This document shows, piece after piece, positions 25,740 to 34,280 of a stretch of DNA of 51,029 nucleotides. Positions within the stretch are counted from its first letter, which is position 1. Every line of letters begins with the position of its first letter. The stretch is from Candidatus Hydrothermarchaeota archaeon (GTDB taxonomy: Archaea; Hydrothermarchaeota; Hydrothermarchaeia; Hydrothermarchaeales; JAADFM01). The notes beneath the pieces were generated by a model. That model did not search any database. It was given only the letters and a program-made list of their open reading frames with translations, and was not told where the DNA came from. The DNA lies in assembly GCA_964534545.1 (NCBI GenBank), contig CAZHQS010000001.1, positions 1-51,029 of the forward strand, in the 5' to 3' direction. The translations under genes and the position numbers were made by a program.

Positions 25740-26513
25740 ATGCTGGGCATCATAGGGGGTACCGGTGTTTATGACCCCGAGATCTTCGAAGAAAGTCGGG
25801 TGGAAAGGCTGAAGACACCCTACGGAGAGGTATCTGAGGTATATCTGGGAACGGTCCGGGGGCGGGAGGTGGCCTTCCTGCCCCGCCACGGCAGAAATCA
25901 CGACATTCCCCCCCACAGGGTGAATTACAGGGCTAATATCTTTGCCTTGAAGGAACTTGGTGTCGAGCGGATTATATCAACCAACTCGGTGGGGGGCATA
26001 AGCAGGAGCCTCAAACCCGGCGACATGGTAATCCCTGTGGATTTCATGGACTTCACCAGGGGTCGCCCCTCCACCTTCTACGACCATGAGGTGGTCCACA
26101 TTGATGTGTCCACGGCCTACTGCCCGGAGGTGCGGGAGGCCCTCCTGGCAGCCGCCGAGAAGAGGACCGAGGACGTCTTCGACGGCGGTGTCTATGCATG
26201 CACCGAGGGACCCCGGTTTGAAACCCCCTCGGAGATCCAGATGATGGAGGCCGTGGGATGTGATGTGGTGGGCATGGTTGGGGTGCCGGAGGTGGTGCTG
26301 GCCAGGGAGGTGGAGATCTGCTATGGCTCCATCTGCACCGTCACCAACATGGCGGCAGGGATATCCGAGGGCAAACTTACCGCCACCGAGGTGGTGGAGA
26401 TGGTGAAGAGGAACCAGGAGAACCTCAAGGAGGTTGTGGTTGAGGCCATCGCCAGTATCCCGGAGGAGAGGGGTTGCGACTGCAAGAAGGCCCTCCAGGG
26501 GGCGAGGATGTGA
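25740..26513 (+). CDS. mtnP: S-methyl-5'-thioadenosine phosphorylase
   Basis: GIIGGTGVYD, FLPRHGRNHDIPPHRVNYRANIFALKELGVERIISTNSVGG, CTEGPRFETPSE. Confidence 0.9.
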   Translation: MLGIIGGTGVYDPEIFEESRVERLKTPYGEVSEVYLGTVRGREVAFLPRHGRNHDIPPHRVNYRANIFALKELGVERIISTNSVGGISRSLKPGDMVIPVDFMDFTRGRPSTFYDHEVVHIDVSTAYCPEVREALLAAAEKRTEDVFDGGVYACTEGPRFETPSEIQMMEAVGCDVVGMVGVPEVVLAREVEICYGSICTVTNMAAGISEGKLTATEVVEMVKRNQENLKEVVVEAIASIPEERGCDCKKALQGARM

Positions 26514-26986
26514 GGATCTTTCCCCTGAGATGCAAAAGACCGGTGAGGAGGGAAGACCTGGCCGCATACCCGGATATCCAGGTCCTGGTGCCTGCCCTGG
26601 TGGCTGGCAAGGAGCACCTGGACTTTGCCATCTCCCAGGCCGAGAAGGCCTTCTCCAGGGGGGAGAACATTAGCGGGAACCGCTTCGTGGAGGTCATACT
26701 GAGGGCATCGGCCCAGAGGCAGATAAAGAGGGCCTTCGAGTTCTTTGGCATCTCCGATGAGGGGGAAAGGGAGGTGGTGGTCCTTTCGGAGGAAAGACCT
26801 GAGAAGTTCATGGAGGATTTTGGATGTGAGGAGGCAGGGGAGCTTTTGGAGATGGACGGGGAGAAATTGGAGGATATCAAGAGGGCATTCCAGATACCTG
26901 ATGAAGAACTCTCCGCCCTGCCCCTGGCTGAAAGGGAATCCCTCGTGGAGGTGATAAAGGAGAGGATTGCCCTGCTGAACGCCTAG
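26510..26986 (+). CDS. cgi121: KEOPS subunit Cgi121
   Basis: GTG start in a GTGA overlap with the mtnP stop. ALVAGKEHLDFAISQAEKAFSRGENISGNRFVEVILRASAQRQIKRAFEFFGI matches archaeal Cgi121. Confidence 0.75.
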   Translation: MRIFPLRCKRPVRREDLAAYPDIQVLVPALVAGKEHLDFAISQAEKAFSRGENISGNRFVEVILRASAQRQIKRAFEFFGISDEGEREVVVLSEERPEKFMEDFGCEEAGELLEMDGEKLEDIKRAFQIPDEELSALPLAERESLVEVIKERIALLNA

Positions 26987-27327
26987 CAGCAGGTATCTAT
27001 CCTGACCTGGGTCTCGTATTCGCTATGGCAGAATATGTGTTCCACCCTGAAGCACCTGTACTTGAGGTAGTAGCGCTTGCAGATGGTGGGGCAGTCCTCC
27101 TGGGTTATCTCGGATCTCACCATGCCGATCTTCTCCAGCTGTTTCAGGTGCCTGTGGATGGTGGCGGGATGGTTGTTGGTCTCCTCGGCTATCTTGTTGA
27201 TGTGCATGTGACCTGTCCCCAGGACGTCCATGATCTGGCGGCTCAAGGGGTGGCTCAATATCTTTGTGGCGACCCCTGCCTCTTCCCCTTTGAAGACGAT
27301 TTCCTCTTCCATCAATGAAATATTCAA
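26983..27327 (-). CDS. ArsR-family winged-helix regulator with Cys-rich C-terminus
   Basis: LSHPLSRQIMDVL..HINKIAEETNNHPATIHRHLKQLEKIGMV. C-terminal Cys residues, including a terminal CC. Confidence 0.75.
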   Translation of the reverse strand: MNISLMEEEIVFKGEEAGVATKILSHPLSRQIMDVLGTGHMHINKIAEETNNHPATIHRHLKQLEKIGMVRSEITQEDCPTICKRYYLKYRCFRVEHIFCHSEYETQVRIDTCC

Positions 27328-27504
27328 CCCCGGGATATATAATCCTTCCCTCGTCGATGACAGCCACCGTTATGTCTCACCGGCGGCCTCTCCCCGGGCG
27401 TATTTCTCAACTGCTATGCCCGTCCTGTTCTCCTGGACGCCGGTCCAGATACTTATGAAATCGCCCATGACAACATTGTGCACATATATTTTTGTAAATA
27501 ATCC

Positions 27505-28665
27505 TCACTCCTCCAAAATCCCGTACTTCTCGCCCATCTCCAGGAAGACCTCGGCGGCGTACTTTATCTGGTCCCAGGTGACGCCGTAGGTGTTGAGCTT
27601 GAAGTGCTTGGTCAGGCCGGGCTGGACGCCGGTGATCTTCTTTTTCTTCAACTCCTCGTAGAGGAACCACCCCTTGCGCTTGTGGCTCTGGGATACCTCG
27701 TAGAAGGCCGGCGTTTCAACATGGAAGAGGGTATGGTGGTGGGGGTCCTGGCCCCTGAGGGTGGTGCCCCTGATCTTCTTCAGTGCATCGATGAGGTATC
27801 GGGTCTTCTCCACCTCCTCGTCGAAGTGCTTCACCCGCTCCACCACCGCCGGGAAGGAGGCCATCATGGTTATCATGGGCACCCCCATGACGGTGCAGCC
27901 CAGGAGCTCCACCTCCTTTATGGGGAACTTGCGCCCCGACCAGTCCCCCACCACCTGGGAGCGGCGGAAGACCTTCTCCGCGTACTCATCCGTTGTTGCC
28001 ACAACCCCCGTGGGGGCAGCAGCGGCAAAGGACTTGTGGCCCGAGCCCACGATGAAATCCGCACCTATCTCCTTTCCCTTGATCTCCATGATTCCCGCGG
28101 TGTAGGCGCAGTTGAGGATGAAGGGCACCCCGGCCTTCCTGGCCGCCTTTGCAACCGGCTTCGGGTCGTTGAGGTTGCCGTAGAGGTAGTCCACGTGGGT
28201 CAGGAGCACGGCGGCCACGTCATCGGTCTCCTCGATCTTCTCTGCATAGGCCTCCAGGTCCACCTGGAAGGTGGGCGGGCCGGAATGGGGCACCTCGGTC
28301 ACCTTCTTGCCCGCGGCCTCGGCGGCCACATAGGTGGTGTAGTGGGCCAGGGGGTCGATGATGACGGTCTCCCCCTCCAGAGAGTCCATGATGATGCGCT
28401 TGGCCTGCCTTGCCCCTGGCACCACCCTGGCCTGGTCCATGCCCAGGAACTCGGCCAGGTCCTCGGTGAACTGTTTCACAGGGGGGGTGGTGATGAAATC
28501 CAGCCTGCCCTTCAGGCAGTAGTCGCAGACCGAGTAGCCGTCGGCGAACTTTATCAGGGCCTTCTTGGCCTCCGGGGTCAGCACCCCGCCCCTCTGGATG
28601 GGCTGAAGGTTGACGTAGTTCTCCTCCCTGTCCCGGAAGAGGTTGCGATACAGGTCGAGATTCAA
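27505..28665 (-). CDS. pscS: O-phospho-L-seryl-tRNA(Cys):cysteinyl-tRNA synthase (SepCysS)
   Basis: 386 aa. LQPIQRGGVLTPEAKKAL..DGYSVCDYC, GSGHKSFAAAAPTGVV (PLP lysine). TTG start 3 nt after the upstream ORF stop. Confidence 0.9.
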   Translation of the reverse strand: MNLDLYRNLFRDREENYVNLQPIQRGGVLTPEAKKALIKFADGYSVCDYCLKGRLDFITTPPVKQFTEDLAEFLGMDQARVVPGARQAKRIIMDSLEGETVIIDPLAHYTTYVAAEAAGKKVTEVPHSGPPTFQVDLEAYAEKIEETDDVAAVLLTHVDYLYGNLNDPKPVAKAARKAGVPFILNCAYTAGIMEIKGKEIGADFIVGSGHKSFAAAAPTGVVATTDEYAEKVFRRSQVVGDWSGRKFPIKEVELLGCTVMGVPMITMMASFPAVVERVKHFDEEVEKTRYLIDALKKIRGTTLRGQDPHHHTLFHVETPAFYEVSQSHKRKGWFLYEELKKKKITGVQPGLTKHFKLNTYGVTWDQIKYAAEVFLEMGEKYGILEE

Positions 28666-28668
28666 ATT

Positions 28669-28836
28669 TCACACCCCCAGCCTTTTTCTTAGGGCATTGA
28701 TATTCTTCTCGGCGCTCTTCAGCTTCTTCTGGACCAGCTCCTTCTCAGCATCACTGAGCACATGCCTGGGCGCGGTCTTCCTGATTACCTCCTCCACGTC
28801 CACCAAAGCATCCATACAATCAAACAATTCCTTCAT
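28669..28836 (-). CDS. 55-aa helical ORF translationally coupled between the GT2 gene and SepCysS
   Basis: MKELFDCMDALVDVEEVIRKTAPRHVLSDAEKELVQKKLKSAEKNINALRKRLGV. ATGA overlap with the GT2 stop. Below the track cutoff. Confidence 0.5.
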   Translation of the reverse strand: MKELFDCMDALVDVEEVIRKTAPRHVLSDAEKELVQKKLKSAEKNINALRKRLGV

Positions 28837-29498
28837 CTTTTTGACCTCAACATGAACTCAAGGATGTTCCATATCACATGGAGGGTGTCCTTGAGGGGGT
28901 TTATGTGGGACGTCTCTTCCCCGTATATACAGGATATAGGGACCTCCTTTATCTTAAACCTTTTTCTGGCCGCCTCAAGGATCATGATGTGTTCCACGGC
29001 ATATCTCTGGGCAGGGAGGTCCAGCCTTTCCAGGCTCTCCCGCCGGAGGGCCCTGAATCCAGACTGGGGGTCAGTGATCCTCTGGCCGGTCAGTATCTCC
29101 AAAAGGAACCTGGCGGCCCGGTTGGAGAACCTGTTCCCCAGGGGCATGTTCCTGGCCTCCCGGAGAAACCTGCTGCCGATACAGAGGTCTCCGCCCTCCT
29201 CGATGCACTTTACAAGTCCTGGGATCTCGTCCGGGCAGTGCTGGAGGTCCCCGTCCAGGGTGACGATGATATCGAATCCCTTTGACTCCCTGAAACCCGC
29301 CTTCATGGCCGCGGCCTTCCCCCTGTTCTCTGCCTGGAGGATGACCTGGGCGCCGGCCTCCCTGGCCTTCTCACCGGTGCCGTCGGTGGAGCCGTCGTCC
29401 ACCACGATTACCCTATCCACATACCTCAGGGCACCCTCCACCACCTCCTTGATGGTCCGGGATTCGTTATAGGCCGGAATCACAGCCACAGCCTTCAT
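28833..29498 (-). CDS. family 2 glycosyltransferase (dolichyl-phosphate sugar transferase-like)
   Basis: MKAVAVIPAYNE..VIVVDDGSTDGT..TLDGDLQH. The ATG at 29498 is chosen because the track ORF start at 29594 runs into the tRNA. Confidence 0.85.
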   Translation of the reverse strand: MKAVAVIPAYNESRTIKEVVEGALRYVDRVIVVDDGSTDGTGEKAREAGAQVILQAENRGKAAAMKAGFRESKGFDIIVTLDGDLQHCPDEIPGLVKCIEEGGDLCIGSRFLREARNMPLGNRFSNRAARFLLEILTGQRITDPQSGFRALRRESLERLDLPAQRYAVEHIMILEAARKRFKIKEVPISCIYGEETSHINPLKDTLHVIWNILEFMLRSKR

Positions 29499-29554
29499 GG
29501 GTATGAAATCCGTGGGAAAGTTTTTTAAGCATTGTGATGAAATTTTCAGAGCAT

Positions 29555-29628
29555 GCGGCCGTAGTATAGCCTGGCTAGTACTCGTGCCTGCCACGCACGT
29601 GGCCCGGGTTCAAATCCCGGCGGCCGCA
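29555..29628 (+). tRNA. tRNA-Gly (anticodon GCC)
   Basis: Hand-folded cloverleaf: acceptor GCGGCCG/CGGCCGC, D arm GTAT..GTAC, anticodon arm CGTGC-CTGCCAC-GCACG, T arm CCGGG-TTCAAAT-CCCGG, discriminator A. CCA is not encoded. Confidence 0.9.
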
Positions 29629-29766
29629 TTCCAAACACTTTGATGCAGGGCCCCTCTAGGACCGGTTGCCCTCGCCCAAAGGGGGCTGGACTCCATGTCA
29701 GTGGAAAGTCTACAGCGGGTTAGAGGGTCTGACGGGGCCCGTGAATTTGTATCGCAGGGATGACCT

Positions 29767-30639
29767 ATGGATAAGCGGCTGAGGATACTTCTCGTGAGTT
29801 TACTGTTCATCGGTGGACTCTTTAGCCTTTTGAAGGGTTTCGACCAGGAGCCGGCCCAGGAGGTCACCTCGAAGCAGAAGGTAGCCAGCGCCCTTATCAA
29901 GGAGGGCATATCCCCCTCGGGCGTCATCATATCCAACGGCAGTGAGATGAAGCGAGCCCTGAACATCCAAGGGCCGGACCCGCCAAATGCTTCCAGGCTT
30001 GTCCTGGTGATCTACCCAAAGCCCCTCCAGCTCACCTTTCCCGAAGGGGTGAATCGGGTGATCTTCACGGCCCTGGAGGCAGATGACACCCTTGACGGGG
30101 TCCTGGCCTTTGATAGCACTCACAGGTATGGGAAGGAGACCGCCCTGATAATATACGGCAGCAGGGAGCGGGCAGATAAGCTTGCCACCTCCGGCCTCAG
30201 CCCTGCCCAGATATACAACCAGTGGGACATATTCGAAGTCACAAAGTTGGATGTCTCAACACCTGAGGAGGTGATCGCCGATTCTCTGGCCCTCTACGAC
30301 GTAGAGGTGCGGGCCCTGGGGGTCTTCACCGGCGGGGACCTGAAGGCAGCCATTCCCATGGAGGTTGAAAACGATTCCTTGGTGGCATACATCGAATATA
30401 TGCCCCGGGAGGGGAACCATACCGTAGACCCCCGCATCCTCGCGGTGGTGGAGGCGGCCTTCCAGGCGGTGCCCTCCCTGGACGTGGTCCTGGTAAACGA
30501 CCTGAGAAGGATGGAAGAAACCGGCAACATCTCGGTATATTCAATGACCAGGGAGACCTATGAGCAAATAGACTACGACCAAACGGTGGAGGAGATCCTG
30601 GCCCTCCTGGATTTTAATGAGTACCCGGTGAGGAGATGA
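29767..30639 (+). CDS. membrane-anchored/exported hypothetical protein
   Basis: N-terminal hydrophobic anchor ILLVSLLFIGGLFSLL. No family recognised. ATGA overlap with rnp4. Confidence 0.5.
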   Translation: MDKRLRILLVSLLFIGGLFSLLKGFDQEPAQEVTSKQKVASALIKEGISPSGVIISNGSEMKRALNIQGPDPPNASRLVLVIYPKPLQLTFPEGVNRVIFTALEADDTLDGVLAFDSTHRYGKETALIIYGSRERADKLATSGLSPAQIYNQWDIFEVTKLDVSTPEEVIADSLALYDVEVRALGVFTGGDLKAAIPMEVENDSLVAYIEYMPREGNHTVDPRILAVVEAAFQAVPSLDVVLVNDLRRMEETGNISVYSMTRETYEQIDYDQTVEEILALLDFNEYPVRR

Positions 30640-30977
30640 AGCGCGCAAAAAAGAAGACGATAAAAAAGATCGCCCTGGAGCGGATAGACATCCTCATGGG
30701 CCTTGCAGAAGAGGTGTACAGCCAGGACAGGGATCGGGCGAAGAGGTATGCCAGCTTGGCAAGAAGGATTGCCATGCGCCACGCCATCCCCATGCCCAGA
30801 CGATGGAAACGGCGGATCTGCAAGAGATGCGATGCCTTCTTAAAGCCAGGGGACAATGCCATAGTAAGGACCTACAACGGCGGGGTGTCCATCCTGTGCC
30901 TTGGGTGCAAGACCAGGGTCCGGATACCCTTCCTAAGGGAAAGAAGAAAATTATTGACGAGGTTAAAAGGTGCATAA
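30636..30977 (+). CDS. rnp4: RNase P protein component 4 (Rpp21/Rpr2)
   Basis: IALERIDILMGLAEEVY..RAKRYASLARRIAMRH..KRRICKRCDAFLKPG..CLGC zinc ribbon. Confidence 0.9.
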   Translation: MKRAKKKTIKKIALERIDILMGLAEEVYSQDRDRAKRYASLARRIAMRHAIPMPRRWKRRICKRCDAFLKPGDNAIVRTYNGGVSILCLGCKTRVRIPFLRERRKLLTRLKGA

Positions 30978-31012
30978 CAGATGAAAAAATTCAGCTTACA
31001 AGGAGGATTAGC

Positions 31013-31450
31013 ATGGCTACATTATATGATGTTCCAGCATCAAAGCTCATCGAAGAACTCTCCAAAGAACTAAAGGCCAATGAGATGATAAGGCCCCCTA
31101 AGTGGAGCGGCTTTGTCAAGACAGGGACCGACAGGGAAAAACAGCCTGCCGACAAGGACTGGTGGTACACCCGGGCTGCCTCGGTCCTCAGAAAGGTCCA
31201 TATCCAGGGTCCCATAGGAATCCCCACCCTGAGACGCCTTTATGGTGGCAAGGGAAACATCGGGACCAAACCGGATGCCCAGAGGCGGGGCAGCGGTTCG
31301 GTTATAAAACATGTCCTGGTCCAGCTTGAAAAGGCGGGCCTGGTGGAGAAGACCAAGAGGGGAAGGATAACGACCCCGGCCGGGATATCCCTCCTGGACA
31401 AGACCGCCGCCAAGATCAAAAAGGGGATTCCCGAGCTGGAGAAGTACTAG
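31013..31450 (+). CDS. rps19e: 30S ribosomal protein S19e
   Basis: MATLYDVPASKLIEELSKELK..PPKWSGFVKTG..DWWYTRAASVLRK. AGGAGG RBS precedes the ATG at 31013. Confidence 0.9.
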   Translation: MATLYDVPASKLIEELSKELKANEMIRPPKWSGFVKTGTDREKQPADKDWWYTRAASVLRKVHIQGPIGIPTLRRLYGGKGNIGTKPDAQRRGSGSVIKHVLVQLEKAGLVEKTKRGRITTPAGISLLDKTAAKIKKGIPELEKY

Positions 31451-31454
31451 AAAA

Positions 31455-31784
31455 ATGGAAGGCAACCTGGAGGATCTCAAGAGGAGGAAGCTTCTAGAGC
31501 TTCAGCAGAGGCTCCAGGAACAGGAGGCCGTTGAACAGCAGAGGGCGGCCATCGAGGCCCAGAAGCGGGAGATCCTGAGGGGGGTCCTCACCCCCGAGGC
31601 CCGTCAGAGGCTGGCAAACGTCAAGATGGCGAGGCCGGACTATGCCGCCCAGGTGGAGAACCTCCTCATCCAGCTGGCCCAGAGCGGACAGCTCAGGGCA
31701 AAGATATCGGATGCCCAGCTCAAGGATATCCTTTCAAAGATTGCGGCGAGCAGGAAGAAGGACATCCGTATCAGAAGGATATGA
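31455..31784 (+). CDS. DNA-binding protein, PDCD5/TFAR19 homologue
   Basis: 109 aa. ILRGVLTPEARQRLANVKMARPDYAAQVENLLIQLAQSGQL. Confidence 0.85.
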   Translation: MEGNLEDLKRRKLLELQQRLQEQEAVEQQRAAIEAQKREILRGVLTPEARQRLANVKMARPDYAAQVENLLIQLAQSGQLRAKISDAQLKDILSKIAASRKKDIRIRRI

Positions 31785-32383
31785 AAACCGCCCTCCTGTA
31801 CAGCGGTGGGAAGGATTCCAGTCTGGCCGCGGTGATCCTTTCCCGCCTTGGTTTTGATGTCACCCTTTATACGGCAACCTTTGGGATAAAGGGCTCCTGG
31901 AGATTGGCTAGGGATTCGGCCAGGGCCCTGGGTTTCGAGCACCAGAGGCTGGAACTGGACCCATCGTTGCTGGAGGAGGCCTGTGAGCAGATAGAGGATG
32001 ATGGTTTCCCCAAGGATGGCATAAACTCCATCCACCGCGCGGCCCTGGAGGCCGTGGCCGAGGACCACCCGGTCATAGCCGATGGGACCAGGAGGGATGA
32101 CAGGGTCCCGAAACTCGACCTCGGGATCATCAGGAGCATCGAGGACCGCTTCGATACAGAGTATATCGCACCCCTCTCAGGGATTGGATACAGGACCCTG
32201 AACCGCCTTACGGAGGAGTTCTTCGTCCTGGAGCAAAGGAGGACCGACCAGATGGAGAAGGGGGATTACGAGGCAGAGATATGGGCCTACATGGAGGCAA
32301 GGGGCCTTGACCCGAGGGATTATTTCCCTCACCGCCACCTGCAATCCCGGGTCCTTGGGTTTAGGAAGTCTTACCATCGTTAA
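31781..32383 (+). CDS. PP-loop ATPase (COG2117-like alpha-hydrolase)
   Basis: LYSGGKDSS PP-loop motif. Conserved position between the PDCD5 homologue and rpl39e. Confidence 0.7.
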   Translation: MKTALLYSGGKDSSLAAVILSRLGFDVTLYTATFGIKGSWRLARDSARALGFEHQRLELDPSLLEEACEQIEDDGFPKDGINSIHRAALEAVAEDHPVIADGTRRDDRVPKLDLGIIRSIEDRFDTEYIAPLSGIGYRTLNRLTEEFFVLEQRRTDQMEKGDYEAEIWAYMEARGLDPRDYFPHRHLQSRVLGFRKSYHR

Positions 32384-32458
32384 CCAAAGGTTGTCGGTAA
32401 TATTTATAAAGGAAATGGGAGAAGAAGTCATTTACTTTTCTTATAATGAGGTGATAAT

Positions 32459-32611
32459 GTGTCTAAGATGACTTTGGGCAGGAAGCTCAGGCTCGCAAAG
32501 GCCATGCGCCAGAACAGGCCGGTGCCCATCTGGGCGGTGGGCAAGACCCTGGGCAGGGTCAGATTCCATCCCAAGAGGAGGATGTGGCGCCGGAGCACCC
32601 TTAAGACATAA
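32459..32611 (+). CDS. rpl39e: 50S ribosomal protein L39e
   Basis: (M)[43 protein letters not shown] 32459 is preceded by GAGGTGA. An alternative ATG is at 32468. Below the track cutoff. Confidence 0.85.
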   Translation: MSKMTLGRKLRLAKAMRQNRPVPIWAVGKTLGRVRFHPKRRMWRRSTLKT

Positions 32612-32634
32612 ATTATCGGAGTGATTGAATAAAA

Positions 32635-32877
32635 ATGGAAAGAATCTATACCATCCCCTTAAGGGATGTAAAAAAGGCGCCCCGGACCAAGAGGGCGAAA
32701 CAGGCGGTGGCATATATCCGTTCCTTCATCCAGAAGCATACAAAGAACGAGAAGGTCAAAATCCAGGGGTCATTGAACGAGAAGGTCTGGGAGAGGGGTA
32801 TCCACAGTATCCCATCCAAGATCAAGGTCAAGGTGGAGACCCAGGATGACGGGAGCGTTCTTGTGACCCCTGCCTGA
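32635..32877 (+). CDS. rpl31e: 50S ribosomal protein L31e
   Basis: [35 protein letters not shown]... Confidence 0.9.
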   Translation: MERIYTIPLRDVKKAPRTKRAKQAVAYIRSFIQKHTKNEKVKIQGSLNEKVWERGIHSIPSKIKVKVETQDDGSVLVTPA

Positions 32878-32890
32878 GAGGGGGTCTGTC

Positions 32891-33553
32891 TTGCTTTTGA
32901 GGACCGCCTACAGTAGGAACCCCAATGTAGGGGTCTTTTGCCAGGCCAATGATGGGATAGCAGTGGTACCCAGGGCCTGCCCCGGGGTCTTCGAGGAGGA
33001 AATCAAGGGGACCCTGGGGGTGGAGACGGTGAGGACGAATATCAGCGGGACCTCCCTGGTGGGGGTCTTCGTGGCCATGAACAACAAGGGGGTCCTCCTC
33101 CCAAAGAACGTCTACGGGGAGGAGGTAAGGGCCCTGGAGGACAGGGGTTTCAACGTGGGGGTCTGCCAGGACAAGTACACGGCCCTGGGGAACCTGATCC
33201 TGGTCAACAGCCATGGGGCTGCGGTGTCCAGGGGGTTCGGGAAGAGGAGCCTGAAGTTGATGGAGGATGTCTTCGATTGCGAGGTCGAGGTGGTGGACTT
33301 GAGGGATTATAAGACCCTGGGCTCCATCGGCCTTGTGACAGACCAAGGCGGCGTCATCCACCCCATGATCACCGACGAGGAGGTGGAGGAGCTGGAGTCC
33401 CTTCTGGGGGTGGGGATAGATGCAGGGACGGTGAACCGGGGCATAGGTTTTTTAAGGACAGGGGCCATTGCAAATTCCAAGGGGGTTGTGGTAGGAGAAG
33501 ATACCACCGGCCCCGAGATAACAAGGATACAGGATGCCTTGGGGCTGTTGTAG
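32891..33553 (+). CDS. eif6: translation initiation factor 6 (aIF6)
   Basis: 220 aa with the repeated pentein pattern (NPNVGVF, GTSLVGVF, ALGNLILVN, GSIGLVTD, GAIANSKG). TTG start. Confidence 0.9.
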   Translation: MLLRTAYSRNPNVGVFCQANDGIAVVPRACPGVFEEEIKGTLGVETVRTNISGTSLVGVFVAMNNKGVLLPKNVYGEEVRALEDRGFNVGVCQDKYTALGNLILVNSHGAAVSRGFGKRSLKLMEDVFDCEVEVVDLRDYKTLGSIGLVTDQGGVIHPMITDEEVEELESLLGVGIDAGTVNRGIGFLRTGAIANSKGVVVGEDTTGPEITRIQDALGLL

Positions 33554-33637
33554 AAATCTTCACCTCCTGCGCAACCCATTAATAGTAGAAAACAGGTAAA
33601 CATTTGGCAACACTACTTAAAATTAGAGGTGATAAGC

Positions 33638-33832
33638 ATGTCAGTCAAGACCTTCAAGATTAGCGGGACCTTCCAGATGGGCCAGTTGAAGCAGCCCTTC
33701 GTGAAGGAGTGTCGGGCGGCCAATGAAAGGCAGGCCGTGGAATGGGTGAACTCCGAGCTCGGCTCCAAGCACAGGACCCCCAGGAACAAGATATGGATTG
33801 AGAAGGTGGAAGAGGTAGAGGCCGACTCCTGA
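33638..33832 (+). CDS. rplX: 50S ribosomal protein LX (L18Ae)
   Basis: MSVKTFKISGTFQMG...FVKECRAANERQAVEWVNSELGSKHR. Confidence 0.85.
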   Translation: MSVKTFKISGTFQMGQLKQPFVKECRAANERQAVEWVNSELGSKHRTPRNKIWIEKVEEVEADS

Positions 33833-33848
33833 GGGGCTTTGAGGTGAG

Positions 33849-34274
33849 ATGATGGAGCAGGAGGACGCCGGAAGGCTCATGGTGGAATATGAAGGGCTCC
33901 AGGCCCTGGTGGAATCGACCCGGCAGAACCTGGAAGTCCTTGGTGCCTCCATCATGGAGTTGGAAGGGGTCAAGGAGGCCCTGGAGCAGCTAAAGGAGAC
34001 GGAAGAGGGTTCCCAGGTTTATGTCCCCCTGGGAGGTAATTCCTTCGTCAAGGCCCGCCTGGAGGAGACCGACTGGGTCATCCAGGGGATAGGGGCCGAG
34101 GTGGCGGTGAAAAGGACGGTGGATGAGGCCCTGGCATCCCTGGATGAGAGGGTGAAGAGGCTCGAGGGATTGAAGGAGGACCATACCAGGAGGATGACCA
34201 AGGCCATCAGCCGGCTGGAGGAGCTCGGCCCGGCCCTTCAGGCCCTGGTCCACCAGGAAAGACAGGGAAGGTAG
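33849..34274 (+). CDS. pfdA: prefoldin subunit alpha
   Basis: 141 aa: coiled coil, beta hairpin (VYVPLGGNSFVKARL), coiled coil. Confidence 0.85.
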   Translation: MMEQEDAGRLMVEYEGLQALVESTRQNLEVLGASIMELEGVKEALEQLKETEEGSQVYVPLGGNSFVKARLEETDWVIQGIGAEVAVKRTVDEALASLDERVKRLEGLKEDHTRRMTKAISRLEELGPALQALVHQERQGR

Positions 34275-34280
34275 GATAGG

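Noticed and set aside
27370-27468. 32-aa minus-strand ORF (MGDFISIWTGVQENRTG...) in the ArsR/SepCysS spacer.
   Set aside because: It has no RBS, no motif and no coupling to neighbours. It is more likely promoter or 3'-UTR sequence, since a TATA-like ATATATAA at about 27341-27350 fits a near-leaderless ArsR transcript.
29610-29966. 118-aa minus-strand ORF spanning the spacer after tRNA-Gly and the 5' end of the 29767 gene. The 5' extension of the GT2 track ORF up to 29594 is a related case.
   Set aside because: Both overlap the tRNA gene or a better-supported plus-strand ORF and have no motifs. For the GT2 gene, the start at ATG 29498 gives the canonical N-terminus MKAVAVIPAYNE.
30803-31012. 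N-terminal 70-aa extension of the S19e track ORF.
   Set aside because: The extension overlaps rnp4 in another frame and is not S19e-like. The ATG at 31013 has an AGGAGG RBS and gives the canonical S19e N-terminus.
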